Source of the DNA: Lacibacter sp.
GTDB lineage: Bacteria > Bacteroidota > Bacteroidia > Chitinophagales > Chitinophagaceae
Direction of reading: 5' to 3'
Length of the DNA: 64,000 nucleotides
Assembly (NCBI GenBank): GCA_047601965.1
Contig: JASGIJ010000001.1
Coordinates: forward strand, 3,064,360 to 3,128,359
Shown: positions 1-9,454 of the stretch, in pieces
Layout of the letters: every line of letters begins with the position of its first letter
Numbering within the stretch: the first letter of the stretch is position 1
Notes under the pieces: model-generated
Seen by the model: the letters and a program-made list of their open reading frames with translations, nothing else
Told to the model about the DNA's origin: nothing
The model's database searches: none
Program-made: the position numbers and the translations under genes

Positions 1-1333
1 CATCTTTCAGATCATGCTTGTGAAAATCACAGTGCTGTTCAAAATATATTCCCACACCGAGTAAAAAATCAAACACGCTGTACTGTGATGTTACATACCT
101 GAGTGTATGACGTGTACGGTTGCGGTTCCAGTACACTTCCAGCGCTTCTTCCACCACCAGTATTTTGTTCAGTTCTTCCTTGCTTAAATAATTACTTTCA
201 ATGATCTGGTAGGGAGCAACAGGATCATACACATAACCATGCTCTTTGCTGGTTTGACGAACCGGTGTTCCTTTTAAAAATTTTAAAAACCCCAACTGAA
301 ATTCAGGTGCAAACAGTTTAAACACTTCTTCAAAGCTGTATTTTATATCGGCAAAATAATCAAGTGGTAAACCAACAATCAGGTCGAGATGCAGTTCCAC
401 CTTATCACGCACCTGTGCAATAATGCTTTTTGTTTTTTCAAAATTCTGTTTGCGGTTTACTTCAAGGTTGGCTTTCTGGTTCACGGTTTGAATGCCAATC
501 TCAAACCTGAACAAACCCTGCGGCACTTTTTCATTGATAAATTGAATAATGTCCGGGTGCAGAATATCAGCCGTGATTTCAAATTGAAAAATATTTCCCG
601 GTTTGTGATGATCCAGAATAAACTGGAAAATATCAATCGTGAAATCCTTCTTCATGTTAAAAGTGCGGTCGAGAAACTTGATCACTCTTCCATGCTGCAT
701 TAAATACAGCAGGTTGCGTTTAATATCAGCCATTGGAAGATAACGCACATTGTTATCAAGACTCGCCAAACAAAAACCACACTTGTACGGGCAGCCACGG
801 CTTGTTTCAATATAGCTCACTTTGTTGTACAAATCTTCAACCGGATCATTGATGTAGGGATTTACATCAATGAAGTTGCTCATATCATACATCACACTCC
901 GTTCATGAAAATGCACTTGGCCGTTTTCCTTGTACACAAGATTAGGAACAGCACGCACATCAGGATAATGCGTTAAAAACTCATGAAACGGAATTTCACC
1001 TTCACCGCAAACAATATAATCCACAAAATCATGAGCAATCACTTCTTCCCATTCATAACTTACTTCAGGACCACCTAATAAAATTTTAATGGAAGGGTTG
1101 ATGGCTTTTATTTTTTCAGCAACCTTTAATGTTTGTGTAATATTCCAGATATAACAGCTGAAAGCAACCACATCATACTCCGCACAAGCTTCCGCAATTT
1201 CATCTGCCTTTTGCCTGATGGTAAATTCTTTCCATGCAAGTCCTTCCTGCTGTTTATTCAGCTCATACAATAAGCGTATGGCCAGATTCAGGTGAATATA
1301 TTTTGCATTAAGCGTTGTAAGTAAAATGCGCAT
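1..1333 (-). CDS. B12-binding domain radical SAM protein (DUF4080-type); C-terminus runs off the window start
   Basis: I translated the minus strand from the ATG at 1333-1331: MRILLTTLNAKYIHLNLAIRLLYEL... The frame stays open to base 1, so it is absent from the ORF track. It carries the radical-SAM cluster motif SRGCPYKCGFC (CxxxCxxC) and an N-terminal B12-binding-like region (VVAFSCYIWN, LGGPE). Confidence 0.85.
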   Translation of the reverse strand, partial: MRILLTTLNAKYIHLNLAIRLLYELNKQQEGLAWKEFTIRQKADEIAEACAEYDVVAFSCYIWNITQTLKVAEKIKAINPSIKILLGGPEVSYEWEEVIAHDFVDYIVCGEGEIPFHEFLTHYPDVRAVPNLVYKENGQVHFHERSVMYDMSNFIDVNPYINDPVEDLYNKVSYIETSRGCPYKCGFCLASLDNNVRYLPMADIKRNLLYLMQHGRVIKFLDRTFNMKKDFTIDIFQFILDHHKPGNIFQFEITADILHPDIIQFINEKVPQGLFRFEIGIQTVNQKANLEVNRKQNFEKTKSIIAQVRDKVELHLDLIVGLPLDYFADIKYSFEEVFKLFAPEFQLGFLKFLKGTPVRQTSKEHGYVYDPVAPYQIIESNYLSKEELNKILVVEEALEVYWNRNRTRHTLRYVTSQYSVFDFLLGVGIYFEQHCDFHKHDLKD

Positions 1334-1350
1334 GAAAAGAAATCTTTGCG

Positions 1351-1358
1351 CAAAAATA
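1351..1358 (-). promoter_or_regulatory. candidate Bacteroidota -7 box for the radical SAM gene
   Basis: The plus strand reads CAAAAATA, which is TATTTTTG on the minus strand. This matches the TAnnTTTG consensus and lies 18 nt upstream of the ATG at 1333. Confidence 0.3.
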
Positions 1359-1509
1359 ACTGTTTAAGACGGGTGGCAGGAGGATGAATGCTTATATATC
1401 TGTGTCATCGCTTTTTAAGATGTAAATCTGGAAACAACCATTTCGGTTGGTGAGGACACCAACCGATAAAAAAAGCACAACAATATTTTTCAACAAAAAG
1501 TTCAACCAC

Positions 1510-2277
1510 CTACGGCGCCACCTTTGTTGTAATCCTTTCCGCCAGTTCAATTTTCAGGTTGCGTATTTCAGCAAGCACCAGTTGTGCCATGCGGCGTGCA
1601 CCGTATTCGTTAAAATGTGTATTGTCTTTGCGGCCAACAGGATAATGCGGATGCTCCATTGTATCGAGCTGCATATACAGCATCTTTGAATAAACAGGTC
1701 CCAGTTTTTGCACCAGTGCACGGCTGCGTTCATCTAAATCAATCACGGGCACATTGTATTGTTTGCCCACTTCCCATACCGCTGCTGAATATTCTTTATG
1801 TGTTTCCCTGATGTTACCGAGTGAATCAAATACCAATCGTGTTACAGGTGTAATCAAAATAGGAAATGCTTTCTTCTCTCTTGTTTCGGTAATGAACTTG
1901 ATAAGATTGGTTTTGTAATCAGGCACAGGTGTATAACGGTCTTTGTACTGCGGTTCCTTTGCTTCATCATTATGACCAAACTGCATCAGCACATAATCGC
2001 CTTCCTGCAAACTGTCGGCTACATTTTTCCAGCGTCCTTCGCTGATGAATGTACGTGTACTTCTTCCACCTCTTGCCCTGTTGAGCACCGTTACAGTTGA
2101 GTCCCAGAAATCTTCAAAGGGTGTGCCCCATCCTGTTACAGGCGAACGGTCTTTTGGTTGTGTGCATACAGTTGAATCGCCGATAAGCCACACATGTATA
2201 TTCTTTTTCGGAATGGTAAAGGCAACCATCACGAAAAAGAAAAAGAGAAGGAGTAAACGGAATTTATGTTGTTTCAT
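1510..2277 (-). CDS. rhamnogalacturonan acetylesterase-like SGNH/GDSL hydrolase (CE12-like), secreted
   Basis: 255-aa ORF with an N-terminal hydrophobic signal. It has the SGNH blocks IGDST, GGRS, GHND and DNTHF, and sits in a pectin locus. Confidence 0.85.
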   Translation of the reverse strand: MKQHKFRLLLLFFFFVMVAFTIPKKNIHVWLIGDSTVCTQPKDRSPVTGWGTPFEDFWDSTVTVLNRARGGRSTRTFISEGRWKNVADSLQEGDYVLMQFGHNDEAKEPQYKDRYTPVPDYKTNLIKFITETREKKAFPILITPVTRLVFDSLGNIRETHKEYSAAVWEVGKQYNVPVIDLDERSRALVQKLGPVYSKMLYMQLDTMEHPHYPVGRKDNTHFNEYGARRMAQLVLAEIRNLKIELAERITTKVAP

Positions 2278-2300
2278 GTTTTGTTATTAACTGATAAAAA

Positions 2301-2369
2301 GATTGCTCCGGCACAGCCCTTACACACAAGCCCGCTTACCTCGCAATGACGAACTTCTTGCAATGACGA
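2301..2369. repeat. REP-like intergenic element (GATTGC ... TCGCAATGAC, with the CAATGACGA tail duplicated)
   Basis: Intergenic sequence gattgctccggcac...cctcgcaatgacgaacttcttgcaatgacga. ATTGC and GCAAT form inverted ends. It shares GATTGCTCCG and a CG(C/A)AATGAC tail with the tandem units at 38287-38444. Confidence 0.5.
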
Positions 2370-2371
2370 TA

Positions 2372-3322
2372 TTACTGCAACGGATTCCATCCGCTGAGAA
2401 TGGCTGTAATAGTTAATGCATTTGCTTCTGCATCTGAAATTGTTTTTGCCCAGCTTACACGTTCTGTTGTTGCTGCACCTTCGCCGTTATTTTTGTATTC
2501 GGCATACCATGTTGTTGCTTCATTAGCCGGATTACTCCAGTTATCCCAACCAAGCTTATTAACAATGGGGCCGAGATAGCTGTTCATGATCAGCACTTTT
2601 GCATAAGGTCGCCAGGGCCTGCCGAGATAAAACGATCCTGCTGCTGCACTGCCTGTAAACCTGCAGTTGCGGAACACATAACCAAATGCTGTTCCCTGTG
2701 GTGTGGAAGCTGCTGTAAAATAACCGGCGTGCTTGCCATAAATCACACAACTGTCGAAGAGTGCTGTTGATGCACCGAAAATAAAATCAACAGTTCCTTC
2801 AATATAACAGTTGCGGTAGTATTGCCTGCTGCCTGTACCATGTGTGTACAGTGTATCCTGGAAACCAAGAAAACGGCAGTTGATAAACCTTGCACGATCG
2901 CCGGTAACACGTACAGCAACAGCCTGCCCTACAGGACCCGAACTGTTTTCGAACGTAATGTTCTCTGCACTGAATCCATTGCCGAAAATAAAAAAGCTGG
3001 CAGAGCCGGATGTGCCAATGTCTTTACCACTGCTGTCTTTCTTTGATGCATAATCATCATAAGTAAGTACAGTGCTGTTTACATCTTCACCAATAAAATG
3101 CACATTCATTTTTGATTCGGGCAAACGGAGTTTCTCTTTATAAATTCCTTTTTTAATAAAGATGTTTGTAATGCTGCTACTTGAATCTTTCACTGCATTG
3201 ATGGCTTCCTGTACAGTTGTATAATCGCCGGAACCATCTTTTGCTACGGTAATTTTTTTTGTTTGTGCATGTGTAATAACTGCAGCAAGCAAAAAGAGGT
3301 TGAATAAAAAACAAATCTTCAT
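2372..3322 (-). CDS. pectinesterase (CE8), secreted
   Basis: 316-aa ORF with a signal peptide and the CE8 motifs GQAVAV, GFQDTLY, DFIFG and LGRPW. Confidence 0.9.
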   Translation of the reverse strand: MKICFLFNLFLLAAVITHAQTKKITVAKDGSGDYTTVQEAINAVKDSSSSITNIFIKKGIYKEKLRLPESKMNVHFIGEDVNSTVLTYDDYASKKDSSGKDIGTSGSASFFIFGNGFSAENITFENSSGPVGQAVAVRVTGDRARFINCRFLGFQDTLYTHGTGSRQYYRNCYIEGTVDFIFGASTALFDSCVIYGKHAGYFTAASTPQGTAFGYVFRNCRFTGSAAAGSFYLGRPWRPYAKVLIMNSYLGPIVNKLGWDNWSNPANEATTWYAEYKNNGEGAATTERVSWAKTISDAEANALTITAILSGWNPLQ

Positions 3323-3351
3323 AGAATCACAAGTTTACATCAATCACGAAT

Positions 3352-4341
3352 TTACTGAAGCACTTTTTTAAGAAAGGCTGCTGTTACATCAACCGTTTCA
3401 TCCACCCAGGGATGAAACAACCAGAACGGGTGCACCATTACATTAAACTTATGTACCTGAGTGTAAATACCCCATTCATTCATCATACCAATGAGTTCAT
3501 CCTGTCCTGAATGAAAGCGTGAATAACCACTGTTGAAAAACATAACCGGAACGGCTGTTTTTTGTGATGCCCAGAAAATAGCAGAAGCCTGTTTCCAGAT
3601 CAATGGTTTTTCTTCAAACGATCCGCCGAGCCATTCAATATCGGGTGAGTTAGGCTTTCGGTCGAGGTTAAGTGATGATGGTGCCATGAAATCAAGCACA
3701 CCATCAATATCAACAATGGCTTTTACATTGCTGCTTGCACCGGTGTTACCCATGTTGCCTTCAAACAATTCCACTCCATTGGTCATACCAATTAATGCAG
3801 CAAGTTGTCCGCCTGCTGAACAACCGGATACAGCAATACGGTTTGTATCAATGCCATATTCAGCGGCATGCAGTTTTACCCAGCGTATGGCCGATTTGAT
3901 ATTATGAATAGCAGCAGGATACTTTGCTTCGAGTGATAACTGGTATTCAACTGGCACAGTAACAAATCCTTTTGCTGCGAGCATTTGTGCCATGGGCACC
4001 TGCATACTACGTGTGCCTGAGCGCCAGCCGCCACCATGTATCATGATGAGTGCAGGATGTGTGCCTTTGCCTTTCGGACGAAACACATCGAGGTGCAGAT
4101 CCCTTTTGCCGAACGGTGTTTCCGTTAATGTTGTATAAACGAGATTGCGGACAGCAATGACTCCTGCAGGTACAGAATCTTTGGCAGGAACTGCATACGG
4201 AAAATCCTTGTGAATCTGTTTGTACACATTGGCTACGCTGTAGCTGCTGTCGATGGGTATTGGTTTGTTCTGTGCGTTCACTGCAATGAAAAGCAGTATA
4301 AAAAAACAAGTGCATGATAACTTGATAGAAAGATTGTTCAT
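3352..4341 (-). CDS. alpha/beta hydrolase (carbohydrate esterase-like), secreted
   Basis: 329-aa ORF with a signal peptide, an oxyanion HGGGW motif and a nucleophile elbow GCSAGG. It is homologous to the N-terminal half of the 627-aa fusion protein at 58705-60588. Confidence 0.8.
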   Translation of the reverse strand: MNNLSIKLSCTCFFILLFIAVNAQNKPIPIDSSYSVANVYKQIHKDFPYAVPAKDSVPAGVIAVRNLVYTTLTETPFGKRDLHLDVFRPKGKGTHPALIMIHGGGWRSGTRSMQVPMAQMLAAKGFVTVPVEYQLSLEAKYPAAIHNIKSAIRWVKLHAAEYGIDTNRIAVSGCSAGGQLAALIGMTNGVELFEGNMGNTGASSNVKAIVDIDGVLDFMAPSSLNLDRKPNSPDIEWLGGSFEEKPLIWKQASAIFWASQKTAVPVMFFNSGYSRFHSGQDELIGMMNEWGIYTQVHKFNVMVHPFWLFHPWVDETVDVTAAFLKKVLQ

Positions 4342-4442
4342 GTGTATTCAAACTTGTTGTGTTATGATTAAGAAAATAACGGGACTGTGGAAACAGCCCC
4401 GTTTTGATTGCTATATTAATTGATGCCTGCTGAAAACATAAA

Positions 4443-5963
4443 TTAATAACCCGGATTTTGTACAAGGTTCGGGTTTGCTTTTATCTGTGCATTTGGAATT
4501 GGATAGATTTTGCGGAAGTCGGCAGTTTGTGTTGTTTTAAACGCCCATGTTCCTGTAAAGAACGTTCCGAAGCGGATCATATCTGTTCTCCTGCAACCTT
4601 CCCACAAAAACTCTCTCATCCTTTCTTCTTCCAGCACCTGTAATGTAACAGATGATATTGAGCTTGCGCCACTGCGTGTTCTTACCTGGTTTACTAATGA
4701 TACCACTTCAGTTGTAGAACCTGATTGGCGGAAGATTGCCTCAGCCTTCATAAGTAATACGTTTGAATAACGTTCGAGTATTAAATCATTATCTGCATTA
4801 AAGCCCGACCACTTGGCACCCAGCGGAGTATATTTCAACACCTTGTAACCTTCATTATCCTGCGCTGCAACTATATCCTGTACAGGAATCAACACCAGCT
4901 GTGTACCATTTGCATATTTCAAAGGAGTAACACCATCCTGGTAAAACTGCGGACCATATTCGATCATGTTTTTACGCACATCTGCATTTTCATATTTATC
5001 CAATGCTGCCTGTGTGGTGCTGTAACCATTTGCAGGGCCAAAAGGCAGGTTGTATTTTAATTGATCCAACCCGTTTTGAGTGTACAGTATAAACTGATTA
5101 TTACCGGCATTCTGTGTAGGATCTTTTGTAAATGCAGAGATGATTTCAGTTGATGATGCCTGTGATGTGGATGTAAAATTATCAATCACTTTTGGCATAA
5201 GACTGTATGCGCCTGTATTGATAACAAGGTTACAGTTGTCAACTACTTTTTGCCATTGAGCAGTACCTGTATATACCTGTGCATTGAGATACATGTAAGC
5301 AAGTGCTGTATAAACAGATTCTTTGGTAAAGCGAGGATAATAAGAAGTACGGTTTACATCTTTGATTGAAGGCAGATCGGCTACCGCAGCCAGCATTTCT
5401 GTTTCAATAAACTTATATACTTCGGCTCTTGAAGATGTTTTCGGTAAATCTTTGGGATCAATTCTTGCCACTGTTACCAATGGTACATTACCCCAGTTAT
5501 CCATTGCAAAGAAATAACCATAAGCACGCAATGCTCTTGTTTCAGCAATCAATGCTTTCAGTTTGTCTTTGTTTGGCGAAGCCTGTAAACTTTCCATCAC
5601 GGCATTGGCTGTACCAATTTCCTGGAAAATCTGTGTCCATGCTCTTGCAACTGTATTATTATCGGCATTCTGCACATGCTTAAGCAAATCAATATTGCTC
5701 TGATCGTACCAGCCACCACTTGCCCTGCCCGGTACAATAAATTCGTCGGTGCTGAATTCTTTCATACGCCAGGGGTCGCCAATATCAACATTGTAAGAAA
5801 GTAACTGGTAAACACCTACAACTGATGAAAGGGCTGCCTGCTCGTCCTGGTAATAATTATCAGGCGAAAGGCTGCCAAACTTTTCCTCATCAAGTTTTGT
5901 GCAGGAGGTAAGCAATGCACTTACCAACAAGCCTGCAGCTATTATATTCAACTTAAAGTTCAT
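4443..5963 (-). CDS. SusD/RagB family nutrient-binding outer membrane lipoprotein
   Basis: 506-aa ORF with lipoprotein signal LLTSC. It lies immediately downstream of the SusC-type gene and has the typical SusD C-terminal region (R.E..WEG.R..D..R). Confidence 0.9.
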   Translation of the reverse strand: MNFKLNIIAAGLLVSALLTSCTKLDEEKFGSLSPDNYYQDEQAALSSVVGVYQLLSYNVDIGDPWRMKEFSTDEFIVPGRASGGWYDQSNIDLLKHVQNADNNTVARAWTQIFQEIGTANAVMESLQASPNKDKLKALIAETRALRAYGYFFAMDNWGNVPLVTVARIDPKDLPKTSSRAEVYKFIETEMLAAVADLPSIKDVNRTSYYPRFTKESVYTALAYMYLNAQVYTGTAQWQKVVDNCNLVINTGAYSLMPKVIDNFTSTSQASSTEIISAFTKDPTQNAGNNQFILYTQNGLDQLKYNLPFGPANGYSTTQAALDKYENADVRKNMIEYGPQFYQDGVTPLKYANGTQLVLIPVQDIVAAQDNEGYKVLKYTPLGAKWSGFNADNDLILERYSNVLLMKAEAIFRQSGSTTEVVSLVNQVRTRSGASSISSVTLQVLEEERMREFLWEGCRRTDMIRFGTFFTGTWAFKTTQTADFRKIYPIPNAQIKANPNLVQNPGY

Positions 5964-5985
5964 ATTAATGAGTTTTGAATAGTTA

Positions 5986-8900
5986 TTAGAATGTCATGTT
6001 AAAGCCAATGCTGAATGTGCGTGCACTTGGATAGCCGAGGTAATCAATACCCAACGGAGCAACACCTGTTCTTGATACTTCTGCATTCACTTCTGGATCA
6101 AGTCCTGAATACTTGGTAAAGAGCAACAGGTTTTGTCCTGTAAAGTACACGTTCATTGCTGAGATGAAAGTTTTCTTCACATTAAAGTCATAACTCAATG
6201 TAAGGTTATCCAGACGTACAAAACTTCCGTTTTCGATCCAGCGTGATGAATATGTTTTGGCAGCATCTCTTGCGAGGCCGCTTGTAAGTGCAGAAGCAAA
6301 CACATTCTTACCAGGCAGGTTGCTGAGGTAACTCATATTAGCAGCAGTAAGGTTGAACACATCGTTTCCTATTGAACCTCTGAACAAAAAGTTCAACGTC
6401 CATTGTTTGTATCTGAATGTATTGCCATAACCAAAAATGAATTTTGGCTGGGCGCAACCTATAATTGTATCGGCGCCTGCAACAAATGTTTCTTTACCAC
6501 CACTGATTCCTGTAAAGCGTGGCCCCCAGAATGTACCTAATGGCTGTCCCGGTAAAATCAACTGTGCATATTTACCCAGCGATACTGTTCCCTGCAACGG
6601 AGCTAACTGAATATTATTACCATTGAACTGTTCATTCGACAAACTGAGTACTTTGTTTTTATTAAAACTGATGTTGAAGTTTGATTCCCATTTAAACTCA
6701 TTTTTATCAATAATCTTTCCTGTCAGTTCAATTTCAACACCCTTGTTTTGCACGCTTCCTACGTTGGCCAATTGTGTACTTACAGCAGTTGGTGATGGCA
6801 CAGGAATACGCAGCAGCAGATCGGTTGTTTTCTTCACATAGTAATCAACTGTACCACGCAATCTGTTTTCAAACAATGAGAAATCAATACCTGCATCAAA
6901 CTGTGCAGTTTGTTCCCATCTTAAATTGGGGTTGGCATATTGCTGAGGCAATACAGTAGTGATCCTTTGTCCGCCAACAATGTAACCAGCAGAAGTGGCA
7001 CCCAATGTTTGCTGCGATGCAAGGTTTCCGATTTCCTGGTTACCGGTAACACCATAGCTCACACGAAGTTTGAGATCTGAAATTGGTTTTACATGAAAGA
7101 AATTTTCTCTTGAAATTCTCCATGCAAAAGAACCTGAAGGGAACATCCCCCATTTATTTCCAGAACCAAAGCGGCTTGAACCATCACGACGCAATGTTCC
7201 GGTTAAAAGGAAACGGTCATCATAGTTATAATTTGCTCTTCCGTAGAAAGAGATGAGTGTATTGGTTCCTTTAAACGTATTTACGCCGGTAATTGAACTT
7301 GCAGCCTGCAGGCTGTACCACTTAAATTCATCTGACAAAAATCCGGTTGCACTTGTTCTGTCGCCTTCACTTACAAAATATTGATAGGAATAACCGGCCA
7401 TTGCTTCCACACCATGCTTGCCAAAACGTTGATTGTATTTAATTACAGTTTCAAGCAGCTTGCTGTAATCTTCCAGTTTCTGCACACTTGCATAACCGTT
7501 TGTTCCTTTACCAATCAGGTTGTATTTGCTGATATAAGAGTTACGGTTGATATTTTGATTGGTATAACCAAGGTTGAGGTTAATACTTAACGGATCAATA
7601 ATTTTTAAAGTAGTGGAGAGATTACCAAGAAAACGGTTATTGGTTAACTGGTCTAATATCTGGTCAGAATATGAAACCGGGTTTACCCTGTATGGCGCAA
7701 CGAAATTGTAATTGCCGTTTGCATCATACACCGGATAAGTTGGGTTGAACACCATTGCTTCATAGTTCATACTTGTTCCAAATTCACTGCCTACAGTATT
7801 TGATACCGGCGCCTGTTTGGAAAAAGTCTGACCGTAGTTCACACGCATATCAAAAGTGAGCCTGTCGTTCAGCTCTGTGTGATTGATATTGATGCGCACA
7901 TTGGTACGGTTAAGACTGGAAGCAAGCATAACACCCTGCTGATTGCCAAAACCAAGTGATGCACGATATACTGTTTTATTTATACCACCGGACATTGAAA
8001 GGTAATGATCCTGTGAAATTCCTGTACGGTATATCTGATCCTGCCAATCGGTACTTGCACCTTTATCATCAATGGTTAAACCAAGTGCCGCAACCCCTTT
8101 ACGATAGTCGGCAGCAGAAAGAACATCATAAGTTTTTGCAATTTTTGAAACAGCTACAGATGACCCTACAGTTATTTTAGCTTTTCCTGCTGCTCCTTTT
8201 TTGGTAGTAACCACAATTACACCATTGGCAGCCCTTGCCCCGTAGATAGCTGTTGCAGAAGCATCTTTTAATACGGTGATGGATTCAATATCGTCCGGGT
8301 TCAATGTCATTAATGGGTTGGTTGGTTCCTGGTCAAAAACATCAACTCCATAATAGTTTATGTTTGCCTGGCCAACACCGGCGCTGTTAGAAATAGGTAC
8401 CCCATCAATAACATACAATGGATCGTTGGAAGAAGTAAGAGATGTTCCTCCACGTACAATAACTGTATTGGAACCACCGGGTTTACCACTGTTTTTGGCA
8501 ATGTTTACACCCGCCAGTTTACCCTGAATGCTTTGCTGAGCACTCATCACCATTCCCTGGTTAAAATCTTTGCTGCTTACCGCAGAAATTGCTCCGGTTA
8601 AATCTTTCTGGCGTTGAGTACCATAACCTACCACCACAATTTCTTCTGTAGTTACTGGTTTTAATGTAAGCGTTACAGTCAGGAAGCTGCCATCGCCGAT
8701 ATTCACTTCAGTAACATTATAACCTACTGAACTTATCACCAGCGTTTTCTTTCCATCGGGAACAGAAATAGAAAATTCGCCATTACTGCCAGTGGTTGTT
8801 CCTGCAGTTGTTCCTTTTACAGTTACAGAAGCCGAAACAACAGGTTCGCCTTTTTCATTCACCACTTTACCTTTTATTTCAACCGGAGGCGGTGGTGGTG

Positions 8901-9303
8901 GCGGAGGCGGCGGTGTAACAGGCTCTTCGGCAATAACCGGGGCCTTGGCCTTTACCACAATAATTTTTCCAACTATTGACCAGGTGAATGGCTGATTTTT
9001 AAAACAAAGATCCAGCACCTGTGACAACGGTTGGTTGTTGACAACAATCGTTACTTTCTGCCCGTTGTCGAGAAGTTTGTTTTCGTACCAGAAATCGTAG
9101 CCGGTCTGTTTCTTAATGGATTTAAACACTTTTTCAAGTGACACATTTTTTTCAGACAAGCTAACACTCTGGGCGTCGCTCCTTGCACTAACCTGCAGAC
9201 AGAATGCTAATAAAATTATAGCAGTCAGTTTCATAATCCGTAATGTTTTGGTGAAACCCCGGGAACTGCTGTGCCGGGGCAAAACGGAAGCAAACAATTT
9301 CAT
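5986..9303 (-). CDS. SusC-type TonB-dependent receptor with N-terminal STN (FecR-coupled signalling) domain
   Basis: 1105-aa ORF. An STN-like segment (VSLSEKNVSLEKVFKSIKKQTGYDFWY) is followed by a P11 linker, a carboxypeptidase-regulatory-like domain, a plug and a barrel ending in the terminal F. The more likely start is the internal ATG at 9234 (MKLTAIILLAFCLQVSA). Confidence 0.9.
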   Translation of the reverse strand: MKLFASVLPRHSSSRGFTKTLRIMKLTAIILLAFCLQVSARSDAQSVSLSEKNVSLEKVFKSIKKQTGYDFWYENKLLDNGQKVTIVVNNQPLSQVLDLCFKNQPFTWSIVGKIIVVKAKAPVIAEEPVTPPPPPPPPPPVEIKGKVVNEKGEPVVSASVTVKGTTAGTTTGSNGEFSISVPDGKKTLVISSVGYNVTEVNIGDGSFLTVTLTLKPVTTEEIVVVGYGTQRQKDLTGAISAVSSKDFNQGMVMSAQQSIQGKLAGVNIAKNSGKPGGSNTVIVRGGTSLTSSNDPLYVIDGVPISNSAGVGQANINYYGVDVFDQEPTNPLMTLNPDDIESITVLKDASATAIYGARAANGVIVVTTKKGAAGKAKITVGSSVAVSKIAKTYDVLSAADYRKGVAALGLTIDDKGASTDWQDQIYRTGISQDHYLSMSGGINKTVYRASLGFGNQQGVMLASSLNRTNVRININHTELNDRLTFDMRVNYGQTFSKQAPVSNTVGSEFGTSMNYEAMVFNPTYPVYDANGNYNFVAPYRVNPVSYSDQILDQLTNNRFLGNLSTTLKIIDPLSINLNLGYTNQNINRNSYISKYNLIGKGTNGYASVQKLEDYSKLLETVIKYNQRFGKHGVEAMAGYSYQYFVSEGDRTSATGFLSDEFKWYSLQAASSITGVNTFKGTNTLISFYGRANYNYDDRFLLTGTLRRDGSSRFGSGNKWGMFPSGSFAWRISRENFFHVKPISDLKLRVSYGVTGNQEIGNLASQQTLGATSAGYIVGGQRITTVLPQQYANPNLRWEQTAQFDAGIDFSLFENRLRGTVDYYVKKTTDLLLRIPVPSPTAVSTQLANVGSVQNKGVEIELTGKIIDKNEFKWESNFNISFNKNKVLSLSNEQFNGNNIQLAPLQGTVSLGKYAQLILPGQPLGTFWGPRFTGISGGKETFVAGADTIIGCAQPKFIFGYGNTFRYKQWTLNFLFRGSIGNDVFNLTAANMSYLSNLPGKNVFASALTSGLARDAAKTYSSRWIENGSFVRLDNLTLSYDFNVKKTFISAMNVYFTGQNLLLFTKYSGLDPEVNAEVSRTGVAPLGIDYLGYPSARTFSIGFNMTF

Positions 9304-9374
9304 ACTTTTGTTTGGTTTGGGTTAAACAATAAAATGATCCTACAAGACTTATTACTGGATAACCTGAATTTCTT

Positions 9375-9407
9375 CCGCTCCGGCTGCAACCCGGGGCGGT
9401 TTTTTTT
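9375..9407 (+). terminator. intrinsic-terminator-like hairpin in plus orientation between fecR and susC
   Basis: ccgctccgg-ctgcaac-ccggggcgg gives a 9-bp stem including one G-U pair, followed by T8 on the plus strand. Both flanking genes are on the minus strand. Confidence 0.4.
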
Positions 9408-9454
9408 GGTATACCAGTAATAGTGTTTTTTTACAAATCAGCAACATCCCTTTA

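Noticed and set aside
389-703. Plus-strand 104-aa ORF inside the radical SAM gene, and similar antisense or out-of-frame ORFs (e.g. 1447-1689, 8792-8995, 14863-15143, 19868-20380, 34054-34659, 61643-62284)
   Set aside because: Each lies entirely within a longer ORF that has strong family motifs. Their sequences are low-complexity mirrors of the real gene, for example poly-Gly opposite the SusC poly-Pro.
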